From: Cupriavidus necator
GTDB taxonomy: Bacteria > Pseudomonadota > Gammaproteobacteria > Burkholderiales > Burkholderiaceae
DNA: 32,000 nucleotides
Direction: 5' to 3'
Assembly (NCBI RefSeq): GCF_016127575.1
Contig: NZ_CP066019.1
Coordinates: 2,670,001 to 2,702,000, forward strand
The notes under the pieces are model-generated. The model saw only the letters and a program-made list of their open reading frames with translations, was not told the DNA's origin and did not search any database. Position numbers and translations under genes: made by a program. Every line of letters begins with the position of its first letter. The stretch's first letter is position 1. Positions 1-7,333 of the stretch are shown here, in pieces.

Positions 1-1763
1 TGGCTGCCCGTCATCGCGGGCCATTGCTTCCATATCTCGTCTCCGCGGCGCACGACCAGCCGCACGAAGGAATTGACTGAGGCATACAGCGCAAGGAAGC
101 GCGCCAGCACCGCTCCCAGCAGCAGCGGCGAGCCGCCGACAAAGGCATCGGGATCGAACTCGATCGAGACCTCGGTGCCACGGCAGTAGCCGCGCCAGGC
201 CTCGGTGCCCACGTGCGCGGCCGCGCCGCGCGCGCGCACGCTGCGGATGCCCCGCACCTGGTCCTGCTGGCGGTGGCCGTCGCCCGCGAACAGCCGCAGC
301 ATCTGCTGCACCTCATGGCGCCCGGTGCCACCGCCGGCCAGGGTGCCGTGGTGCAGCGTCAGCAGCGAGATCAGCGGCCACAAGGTCTCGCTGCCCATGG
401 GCGGATTGCGCTGCACGGTCGGCTCATAGAGGCAGCGCACCTGCGCGTACTGCGACACATCCTCCAGCACCATGCGCGCACCCACCGGCACCTGCTCCGC
501 GAGCCGGCGATTGGTGCACAGCACGTTGGCGTACGCCACGGGTGCCGCCGGCAGGCGCTGCACGTTGCCCGCATCGATGAAGCTGAGATACATGTCGGTG
601 CCGGACAGGTTGGCCCGCAAGGTCGGCTCGCGGCGCGCGTGCCAGAACAGCTCGCCTTCGGCCGGGTCGTCGGTGGCCGCCGCGAACGGCGGCACCGCCA
701 GCGAGCGGTCGCTGGCCGGATCCGACAGCACCACCGACCGGATCGAATGGATCTCGGTCATCGCCTCGCGGCGCTGGTCTGCCACCAGCCGGTACTCATA
801 GTGCCGGTGGTCGATCATGATGGGCTCGCTGGTCTGCGAGAACAGGTTGATCGCCGGCACGCAGCCAAGCCGGAACATGCCGGCATGCAGCCGGCCCAGC
901 CCGGGTGCGCTGCGCTGCAGGCGCAGCACCACGTCGCAGCTGCGGCCCTTGCCGAGCCGGCCGGCGGGCAGGTCCAGGTCGAAGAAGTGAAACTTGCGCG
1001 CGAAGGCGAAATACTCCTGCATCAGCCCGTAGGCCGGCTGCGCATGCGGCGGCTGCGGCAGCACGTTCTCGCCGGGGCCGTAGCCGGCCTCGCGCCACGC
1101 GCTGGCGGGCAGCCACGCCGGCGGGCCATCTGGCGGCTCGACGCTGACGCCGGCCACGCTGGTGACCAGCAGTTCATACAACGGCACGGTCACCATCCAG
1201 TCGCCGTGCAGATGGATGCGCAGCGTTCCCAGTTCGAGCTCGGAGAAATCGACGCCGTCGGCGCATTCAAGCGTCAGCCGCAGGCCGTTGTCATCGGTCA
1301 TGCGCGCGTGCGTGACCGCCAGCGGCCACAGCGTCGTGTCCCACGCCGTGCGAAAGCGGCACATCTCGCCGCCCTCGGTGCATGCATGCAGGCCGGTGTG
1401 GCGCGGCACGGCGTAGCCGGCGGTCACCTTGCCCTGGGCCGCGTCGAGATCGAACTGCACCACCGTCATCGACGGCACCGGCTGCACCAGCGACGGGCAC
1501 ACGTTCTCCAGCAGCGCCGCGGCAACTTGCGGGAACACCTGGTCCAGGTCGCGATGCACGCGCGCCGCCAGATAGGCGGTGGCTTCGATCAGGCGCTCGG
1601 TATGCGGGTCGAGCGATTCGGTGCCATGCAGCGCAATGCGCGCGGCCACGTTGGGATAGCGCTCGGCAAACGCGGCGCCTTCCGTGCGCAGGTAGGCAAG
1701 CTCGCGCTTGTAGTACGGCAGGATGCCGCCGTCGCCGGCACCGTCTGCGATGCCCTCAGCCAT
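1..1763 (-). CDS. tssF: Type VI secretion baseplate subunit TssF (ImpG/VasA family); 3' end runs off the left edge
   Basis: Absent from the ORF track because no stop codon lies in the window. My translation of the minus strand from ATG 1763..1761 stays open to position 1. It reads MAEGIADGAGDGGILPYYKRELAYLRTEGAAFAERYPNVAARIALHGTESLDPHTERLIEATAYLAARVHRDLD ... LLLGAVLARFLALYASVNSFVRLVVRRGDEIWKQWPAMTGS, a typical TssF from N-terminus to near the C-terminus. The start overlaps the tssE stop by 8 nt (ATGGCTGA). The 621-aa plus-strand ORF 213..2078 is its antisense shadow. Confidence 0.9.
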   Translation of the reverse strand, partial: MAEGIADGAGDGGILPYYKRELAYLRTEGAAFAERYPNVAARIALHGTESLDPHTERLIEATAYLAARVHRDLDQVFPQVAAALLENVCPSLVQPVPSMTVVQFDLDAAQGKVTAGYAVPRHTGLHACTEGGEMCRFRTAWDTTLWPLAVTHARMTDDNGLRLTLECADGVDFSELELGTLRIHLHGDWMVTVPLYELLVTSVAGVSVEPPDGPPAWLPASAWREAGYGPGENVLPQPPHAQPAYGLMQEYFAFARKFHFFDLDLPAGRLGKGRSCDVVLRLQRSAPGLGRLHAGMFRLGCVPAINLFSQTSEPIMIDHRHYEYRLVADQRREAMTEIHSIRSVVLSDPASDRSLAVPPFAAATDDPAEGELFWHARREPTLRANLSGTDMYLSFIDAGNVQRLPAAPVAYANVLCTNRRLAEQVPVGARMVLEDVSQYAQVRCLYEPTVQRNPPMGSETLWPLISLLTLHHGTLAGGGTGRHEVQQMLRLFAGDGHRQQDQVRGIRSVRARGAAAHVGTEAWRGYCRGTEVSIEFDPDAFVGGSPLLLGAVLARFLALYASVNSFVRLVVRRGDEIWKQWPAMTGS

Positions 1764-2211
1764 GATCGCCCCAGCGCGGGTCAGCGGCCTGGCCTGCCGC
1801 GGCGAGCTCGAACGCCACGCGCACCGGCGCGGCGCCCAGCGGCAACTCGCCGTCGATCACCAGGACCGGGCGCGGGGTGTCGCGCTCGGCAAAGCGTACG
1901 CGCGCCTGGCGCAGGCGCGGCTCGAACATCGCGATCGCATGCGCAACCAGCGCCGCAATCGCGTCGCAGTCCGGCACCGACTGGAACGAGCGGAAGGAGA
2001 AGTCCGGCACACCGTAGTCGAGCACGGTCCCGTCCGACTCCAGGAACTGCGCCGCCGTCAGCCGCGAGCGCGTATTGAGCAGCCGGGCAAGCTCGCGCGC
2101 CACCGACTGGCGCAGTGGCTCGCCCTGGAGCAACTGCGCCGAGGGGGCGTTCGCACCCGCCGACAGCCGCTCGAACAGCGGCATCGGCGACCCGGTGACG
2201 ATGACGGACAT
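1756..2211 (-). CDS. tssE: Type VI secretion baseplate subunit TssE (gp25-like)
   Basis: 151-aa ORF (MSVIVTGSPMPLFERLS...LRQSVARELARLLNTRS...DYGVPDFS...) with the gp25/TssE-like pattern. It lies between hcp and tssF in a T6SS operon and is translationally coupled to tssF. Confidence 0.85.
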   Translation of the reverse strand: MSVIVTGSPMPLFERLSAGANAPSAQLLQGEPLRQSVARELARLLNTRSRLTAAQFLESDGTVLDYGVPDFSFRSFQSVPDCDAIAALVAHAIAMFEPRLRQARVRFAERDTPRPVLVIDGELPLGAAPVRVAFELAAAGQAADPRWGDHG

Positions 2212-2223
2212 GTGCAGCCCCGC

Positions 2224-2748
2224 TTACGCCGCCTTCTTCTGCGGCTCCGGCGGCGCGGACACTGCGCAGGCCATGTTCTCCACCAGGTCCCAGCCGAACG
2301 CCGCCGTGCCTTCCTTCTGCGCGTCGCCCTTCTGTTGCGTGAAGAACGCGGTGATGCGGGTGAAGTCGAGCGTGAACGTGTCGGAGGAATCGCCCATGCC
2401 GCCAGCGGTCTGGATGGACTCGACGATCGCGTCGCTCAGCGTGTAGGTCATCTCCGAGCGGAACGCACCGTCTTCGGTTCGTCCGATCTCGAGTTTCACA
2501 TCGCCGAGCGACTTGCCGGCGGCGCACGCGGCGTACAGGCCGGGCGTGGCCTGGTCGGTCTTCTTTGACATCGTCATGCTCTGGAACTGCGCCTTGCCCG
2601 AGGTGCGCTTCGAGTTGGCCGGGTCATTGGTCACGGCCATCGCCACGCCGTGCGAGAACGAATAGATCTGGATGCGCTCGGCGGCACGGCCAGTCTGCTG
2701 CTTGTTGCTGCCCTTGATCTCGGGGATGTCGAGAATGATGGTGTCCAT
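2224..2748 (-). CDS. hcp: Type VI secretion tube protein Hcp (TssD)
   Basis: 174-aa ORF of Hcp size, located between tssC and tssE. It carries Hcp-like segments (MDTIILDIPEIKGSNK..., TPGLYAACAAGKSLGDVKLEI, FGWDLVEN). A GAGAGAG Shine-Dalgarno-like run lies upstream of ATG 2748. Confidence 0.85.
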   Translation of the reverse strand: MDTIILDIPEIKGSNKQQTGRAAERIQIYSFSHGVAMAVTNDPANSKRTSGKAQFQSMTMSKKTDQATPGLYAACAAGKSLGDVKLEIGRTEDGAFRSEMTYTLSDAIVESIQTAGGMGDSSDTFTLDFTRITAFFTQQKGDAQKEGTAAFGWDLVENMACAVSAPPEPQKKAA

Positions 2749-2808
2749 GGTGTCTGTGCTCTCTCAGTTCCGTTATGTCCGGGGATGCCGGGATGCGAGT
2801 CTGCCGGT

Positions 2809-4320
2809 CTACGCTGCCGCTGCCGGCAGGTCTGCAACCAGGCGGATCGATGCGGTCAGTTCTTCCATCTGGAAGTGCGGCTTCAGGAAACACGTGGCAC
2901 GGTAGGCGCCGGGCTTGCCCGGCACCTCGGTCACGTCGACGCGCGCGGCGCTCAGCGGAAAGCGCGACTTGGCCTCCGGCGTCGCGGAGGGATTGAGCAG
3001 CACGTAGTCGGCGATCCAGTTGTTCAGGTAGCGCTCCACGTCCCCGCGCGTCTGGAAGCTGCCCACCTTGTCGCGCATGATCACCTTCAGGTAGTGCGCA
3101 AAGCGCGAAGCCGCCAGCACATACGGCAGCCGGGCAGACAACTGCGCGTTGGCGTTGGCCTGGTCCTTGTTGTAGACCTTGGGCTTGTTTGCCGTCTGGC
3201 TGCCAAAGAAGGTGGCGCTGTTCGAGCCCTTGGCATTGACGATGGCGATGAAGCCCAGGTCGTTGAGCTCCTTCTCGCGGCGGTCGGTGATGGTGACCTC
3301 GGTCGGGCACTTGAGCGCGACGTCGCCTTCATCCGTCTTGTAGGTATGCGCAACCAGGCCGTCGACCTTGCCGCCGCCTTCAACGCCGCGGATGGCGGTC
3401 GACCAGTTGTACTTGGCATGCGCGTCGGTGATGCGCAGGCCCAGCTGGTAGGCCGAGTTGGCCCACAGGTACTTGCTGTGGTCGGTGCCGTCGACGTCTT
3501 CTTCGAAATTGAAGCTCTCGACCGGATTGGTTCTGGCGCCGTAAGGCAGGCGCGCCGCGTAGGACGGCAGCACCAGCGACACATAGCGCGAATCCTCGGT
3601 TTCGCGGAAGCCGCGCCACTGCGCCAGCTCCGCGCTCTCGAAGATCTTGGCCAGGTCGCGCGTCACGCCCAGCTCGGTGAAAGCGCGCAGGTCGAACAGG
3701 CTCGGCGCCGCGCTGGTGATGAACGGTGCATGGGCGGCGGCTGCCACCTTCGATATCCGCTCAAGCAGCGCCACGTCCTGCGGATGGCGGCCGAAGCTGT
3801 AGTCGCCGATCAGCAGCGTGTAGGGATGGCCGCCGAAGGTGCCGTACTCTTCTTCGTAGATCTTCTTGAACAGCACGCTCATGTCGTGGTCGACTGCGGT
3901 TTCAAGATCCTTCAGCAGCTCGGCCTTGGTCACGTTGAGCAGGCGCAGCTTCAGGCTGGTGCCGGTCTCGGTGCCGTAGACCATGTCGTGCAGGCCGGTC
4001 CACGCGCCTTCCAGCGCCTGGAACGCGGGGTCGTGCATGATCGCGTTGAGCTGGTCGCTCAGCAGGCGGTCGATCTCGGCCACGCGCTCGTTGATGGTTG
4101 CCACCAGGCTCTTGTCCGGGCTGGTGCGCATGCCCTCGTCAAGGATCTGCGAGGCCAGCTGGCCGATCAGCTTCCTGGCATAGCCGCTCTGCGACGGCTC
4201 CACCGCCATATTGCCTTCCTGCACGATACGGTCGAGCAGCGTCAGTTCACGCTCGGCTGCGGCCGTGGTGCTCCCCTTTGATTCGGCGCTCGCGTTGTCC
4301 GCTGCGGAGTTCTTTGCCAT
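2809..4320 (-). CDS. tssC: Type VI secretion contractile sheath large subunit TssC (VipB)
   Basis: About 500-aa ORF with strongly TssC-like sequence throughout (...FKKIYEEEYGTFGGHPYTLLIGDYSFG..., ...LPYVLAASRFAHYLKVIMRDKVGSF...). The ORF track begins at GTG 4329. I prefer ATG 4320 (MAKNSAADN), which is preceded by AAGGG. Confidence 0.95.
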   Translation of the reverse strand: MAKNSAADNASAESKGSTTAAAERELTLLDRIVQEGNMAVEPSQSGYARKLIGQLASQILDEGMRTSPDKSLVATINERVAEIDRLLSDQLNAIMHDPAFQALEGAWTGLHDMVYGTETGTSLKLRLLNVTKAELLKDLETAVDHDMSVLFKKIYEEEYGTFGGHPYTLLIGDYSFGRHPQDVALLERISKVAAAAHAPFITSAAPSLFDLRAFTELGVTRDLAKIFESAELAQWRGFRETEDSRYVSLVLPSYAARLPYGARTNPVESFNFEEDVDGTDHSKYLWANSAYQLGLRITDAHAKYNWSTAIRGVEGGGKVDGLVAHTYKTDEGDVALKCPTEVTITDRREKELNDLGFIAIVNAKGSNSATFFGSQTANKPKVYNKDQANANAQLSARLPYVLAASRFAHYLKVIMRDKVGSFQTRGDVERYLNNWIADYVLLNPSATPEAKSRFPLSAARVDVTEVPGKPGAYRATCFLKPHFQMEELTASIRLVADLPAAAA

Positions 4321-4383
4321 CTGGTTCACCCTTTGTGAATTCGTTGCGTCCTGCGGGCCTCGATGCCCGCGCCCGCCGCCGCG

Positions 4384-4920
4384 TCATGCCGGCGTGGCGT
4401 CTCCGGTTTCCGGCTGTGCCGCCGCGGCGCCGGAGTCGGCTTCGCTGCGCACCAGCTTGAGCTCATCGGCGTTGTTGACGATGCGCTCGAGCAGCACGTC
4501 GAGTTCGTCGTTGCCATCGAGCTTGCCGAGCAGGTCGCGCAGTTGCTGGCGTGCTTCCAGCAGCTTGGCCAGGCGCGGCACCTGTGCCACCAGGCTTTCG
4601 GGATGGAAGTCGCTGAACTTGTCGAAGCGCAGTTCGACCTTGAGATTGGTGTCGCCCTTCATGGTGTCGGGCACGGACAACTCCAGGCGCGGCGCGATCT
4701 TGCCCATGATCCCGTCGAAGTTGTCGCGGTCGATCTCGATGAAGCGCCGTTCCTTGAGCTTGGGCGGCGGCACTGCCGGTTGCCCGGACAGGTCCGCCAG
4801 CAGGCCGACCACCATGGGCAGCTCGCGCTTCTCGACCGCGTCACCGACCTCTACGTCATATGAAATCTGGACCCGAGGCGGGCGATTTCGCCCTACCCAC
4901 TTCTGCAGACTATTGGACAT
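4384..4920 (-). CDS. tssB: Type VI secretion contractile sheath small subunit TssB (VipA)
   Basis: The tracked ORF 4384..5043 holds an internal start, MSNSLQKWVGRNRPPRVQISYDVEVGDAVEKRELPMVVGLLADLSG, which is the canonical TssB N-terminus. ATG 4920..4918 is preceded by GGAGAG. The gene is first in the operon. Confidence 0.95.
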   Translation of the reverse strand: MSNSLQKWVGRNRPPRVQISYDVEVGDAVEKRELPMVVGLLADLSGQPAVPPPKLKERRFIEIDRDNFDGIMGKIAPRLELSVPDTMKGDTNLKVELRFDKFSDFHPESLVAQVPRLAKLLEARQQLRDLLGKLDGNDELDVLLERIVNNADELKLVRSEADSGAAAAQPETGDATPA

Positions 4921-5515
4921 GGAACTCTCCGGAAGGACTCGAATGTGTCCGGTCAAATCATCGGTTTCGCACGGCAGCCCGTGCTGAAGGCAAAACCAGT
5001 CCCCCGGGCCGGCGCAACCGGTCCGAAAAAGGTCGAAGCGCATCGCGCCGCAGGGCCGGCATGGCGGCTGCGGAAGACGGATGCCCTCGCTGGCAAACCC
5101 ACTTTTTGTTACCCGTTCCTACCTGGCGCAGTGCGCAGGCAGCAGGCTGCACGCGCTCGACCCCGCTGGTGGCTCCGCGCCAGCCGGCTCGCGCATGGCG
5201 TGCTGCGGCACGACGAAGGCACCTTGTCTTTGCGCGCCGTTCCATCGTTGACCCTTGCTGTGTTTCTAGTTGCGGCGCGCAAATTCAAGCGGAATTTAAG
5301 GTGACGGTGAGGTCGGGCACAATCCCTGAGAATTGGTATTTTGATCAGCAGGGCTACCGCCCGAGGTTGCGCCGCGCGGTATCGCAAACCTGCCTGGCTG
5401 GCCCCCAGCCTCATTCGGGGGAGATGGCTTGCCCCAACGCGGCAGCAGCCTCTGCCTGATTTCAGGTATAGGAAAAACCGCCTGATTGGGCTTTACTTCT
5501 ACCCAAGGCCCAGCT

Positions 5516-5541
5516 GCATGCCATGTAATACCGTGGCATGC
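5516..5541. promoter_or_regulatory. 8-bp inverted repeat GCATGCCA-N10-TGGCATGC in the tssB / regulator intergenic region; function unknown
   Basis: Read directly from the sequence: GCATGCCA at 5516-5523 and TGGCATGC at 5534-5541. It lies in non-coding DNA about 225 bp upstream of the regulator ATG at 5765. Confidence 0.25.
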
Positions 5542-5764
5542 GCCGCTACCAAGGGTCAAACCAGAACGAGAAAGGGGTCAGCCATGTCAATCGCATACGA
5601 CAGTTGCCGTATTGCATCACTGCGGGTCCGATGGTGAAATCAGCGCCGCTGATCATCTGAACTGCACCCGACCGGGCATGCAGCTCGCATCCCTGGTCGC
5701 ACCAGCCCCCATGCCTTTCTCCATGCCAACGAACGCGACGCTCTCCGATAGCCGCCGAAACGTC

Positions 5765-6430
5765 ATGCGTGGCCAACTGCTGCTGGTCGGGCACGAGAGC
5801 CCGATGCTGACGCGCCTTTGCGGGATCCTCACCGTGCTCGACTACGCGGCCGGCGCGCTCTCGTTCGCGGGCACCATCGCGCAGGCCTGCGCGCTGGTGG
5901 ATCAGGGTCCGTTCGACATGGCGCTGGTCGACACCAGCCTGCCCGATGGCAGTGGCATCGAGCTGATCCGGTGCCTGCGCGAGCGTGCCCCGGATCTGCC
6001 CATCGTCGTGATTGCATCACCGGGCACGGACACGGAAATCGTCGGCGCGCTGATCGCCGGCGCCACCGGCTACCTGCTCAAGGAGCGCGACGACATCGAG
6101 CTGACGGTGTGCCTGCGGGGCGCGCTGCGCGGTGGCACGCCGATCGATCCGTCCATTGCCAAGCGGCTACTCACGACATTGGTACCCAAGGCCGCACCCG
6201 CCGAGACCAGGCTTTCACCGACGGGAAGCGTAAAGCCGCTGCTCAGCGCACGCGAGACCGAGATCCTCGTCTTCATCAACAAGGGGTCGACCAACCGCGA
6301 GATCGCCGACGCACTGTCACTGTCGCGGCTGACCATCGAGTCGCACGTCAAGAACATCTATAAGAAGCTGGCGGTCAAGACGCGCACGCAGGCTATCTTT
6401 GAAGCGCGTGCGTACGGCGTGCTGAACTGA
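5765..6430 (+). CDS. Orphan response regulator, receiver domain plus LuxR/FixJ-type HTH (NarL/FixJ family), atypical acidic pocket
   Basis: The C-terminus LSARETEILVFINKGSTNREIADALSLSRLTIESHVKNIYKKLAVKTRTQA is a LuxR-type HTH. The receiver has LVDTSLPDGSG (phospho-acceptor Asp), VVIASPG and GYLLK, but begins LLLVGHESPM instead of xxxxDDHP. The start is uncertain: ATG 5765, or 5723, 5711 or 5678. Upstream of 5678 the third-position GC collapses, so the tracked 5486 start is not credible. No histidine kinase gene is adjacent. Confidence 0.85.
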   Translation: MRGQLLLVGHESPMLTRLCGILTVLDYAAGALSFAGTIAQACALVDQGPFDMALVDTSLPDGSGIELIRCLRERAPDLPIVVIASPGTDTEIVGALIAGATGYLLKERDDIELTVCLRGALRGGTPIDPSIAKRLLTTLVPKAAPAETRLSPTGSVKPLLSARETEILVFINKGSTNREIADALSLSRLTIESHVKNIYKKLAVKTRTQAIFEARAYGVLN

Positions 6431-6559
6431 GGCGCTAGCCCATCCCTGAGTTGGCGGCGCCGAAGCGGAGCGCCGTTCCTCGCTGCGCATGCTCGTGCCA
6501 ACGGCATCTGGTTCGATCGCGCCATGCTATGACACATAATCTTGAATGTGCGCCAGCTA

Positions 6560-6590
6560 ATGGCACAAATTGGATATTTGTGCCATGGCA
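6560..6590. repeat. Perfect palindrome ATGGCACAAAT-TGGAT-ATTTGTGCCAT overlapping a second palindrome TGCCATGGCA; operator or hairpin of unknown function
   Basis: Read directly: 11-bp arms at 6560-6570 and 6576-6586 with a 5-bp spacer. TGCCATGGCA occupies 6581-6590. The element is about 130 bp downstream of the regulator stop and about 125 bp upstream of ORF 6716. No U-tract follows. Confidence 0.5.
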
Positions 6591-6715
6591 TGAGAAAATG
6601 ACCACGGGGCCGTTTCCCTGGACAGGACAAGAGATCCGGCCTCGAATCTCACGAGGGTGCACATGAGCCGACAGTTGCGGTTATCAGCGCCGAGAACGCT
6701 GCGTTCTTCGAAGAG

Positions 6716-7072
6716 ATGCGACGCAGCCTGGGCGCGTTCGAGGATAACTTCGAGACCTACCTCGAGGAATGCGTATGCTTCTCCGTGCGCTACCTCGACC
6801 GGCACAACGGTGGCTTCCACCACACCTATCTGGCGAAGGGCGCAACGTCGGAAGTCTTCACCTACATCCTCGAGAACATCGCGCCGATGTGGCGCGACTT
6901 GCTGGCAGAGCCGTATCAGCGCTATGCCGAGTGCCACGGCCCCTCCGTCGCTTCCCTGGACAGCGTCATCGCCCTGATCAGTCGGATCGGGCTTGCGTAC
7001 TGCCTCGTCCCCACTGATGAGCGCGCGATTCGGGAGCAGTTGGCGATCCTCCGGCCAAACCATCGGCGATGA
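6716..7072 (+). CDS. Hypothetical protein (118 aa), possibly a 5'-truncated gene remnant
   Basis: The plus frame has very high third-position GC and host-like codons (ttc, gag, ctc, tac, atc). That argues it, and not the overlapping 168-aa minus ORF, is the coding frame. The same frame stays coding-like for about 40 nt upstream (AVISAENAAFFEE) but has no alternative start back to the stop at 6599. The Shine-Dalgarno is poor. I recognise no family. Confidence 0.5.
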   Translation: MRRSLGAFEDNFETYLEECVCFSVRYLDRHNGGFHHTYLAKGATSEVFTYILENIAPMWRDLLAEPYQRYAECHGPSVASLDSVIALISRIGLAYCLVPTDERAIREQLAILRPNHRR

Positions 7073-7333
7073 CGGAAAGCGTCCGACGCCGCCGCGGCGG
7101 GCCCGGGGTGTTTCGTCGTTAGACGCGTCATCCGGCCTCGCACGCCGTCACTTCCCTGAACGCAGCTGCGCGAGGATCTTTCCTGCATGCCGACACGCTC
7201 TGATAGTCCGTTGTACCGGAGGGCCAACGCTACCGCCGCGCAAGATGTGCAATGATTCGCTGGACAGCCAGCGGCAAGCACATCCCTGAGGCTTCCGTTT
7301 TCTCATTCACCTGACGCTCAGGATTCTTCAATA

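Noticed and set aside
213-2078. 621-aa plus-strand ORF, the longest ORF in the left 2 kb
   Set aside because: It is Arg/Ala/His/Gln-rich low-complexity sequence typical of the antisense frame of a high-GC gene. The opposite strand encodes unmistakable TssF and TssE.
2650-4281. 543-aa plus-strand ORF
   Set aside because: It is the antisense shadow of tssC and has no recognisable protein features.
5328-5346. Fur-box-like sequence GAGAATTGGTATTTTGATC upstream of the T6SS operon
   Set aside because: Only 11 of 19 positions match the consensus GATAATGATAATCATTATC by my count, which is too weak.
5486-5764. N-terminal extension of the response regulator as given in the ORF track (314 aa)
   Set aside because: Third-position GC is low from 5486 to about 5677, and the extension adds no domain. 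The real start is probably 5678-5765.
6561-6576. Sigma-54 promoter suggested by TGGCAC in the palindrome (also TGGCAC at 26277-26282 upstream of the porin, and TGGCTG-N5-CAGC at 5391-5410)
   Set aside because: The -12 element (TTGC, with GC 10 nt after GG) is missing in the first two cases and the -24 box is poor in the third. There is not enough to call a promoter.
5534-6592. Shared TGGCATG heptamer in the dyads flanking the regulator gene, as a possible common binding site
   Set aside because: The same heptamer also occurs at about 10907, 14889, 22997, 24868 and 24910 in unrelated contexts, so the recurrence looks like chance.
6557-7063. 168-aa minus-strand ORF that would be divergent from the LysR gene, the classic LTTR arrangement
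   Set aside because: The overlapping plus frame (6716..7072) has much higher third-position GC and host-like codon choice. The minus ORF reads like an antisense product.
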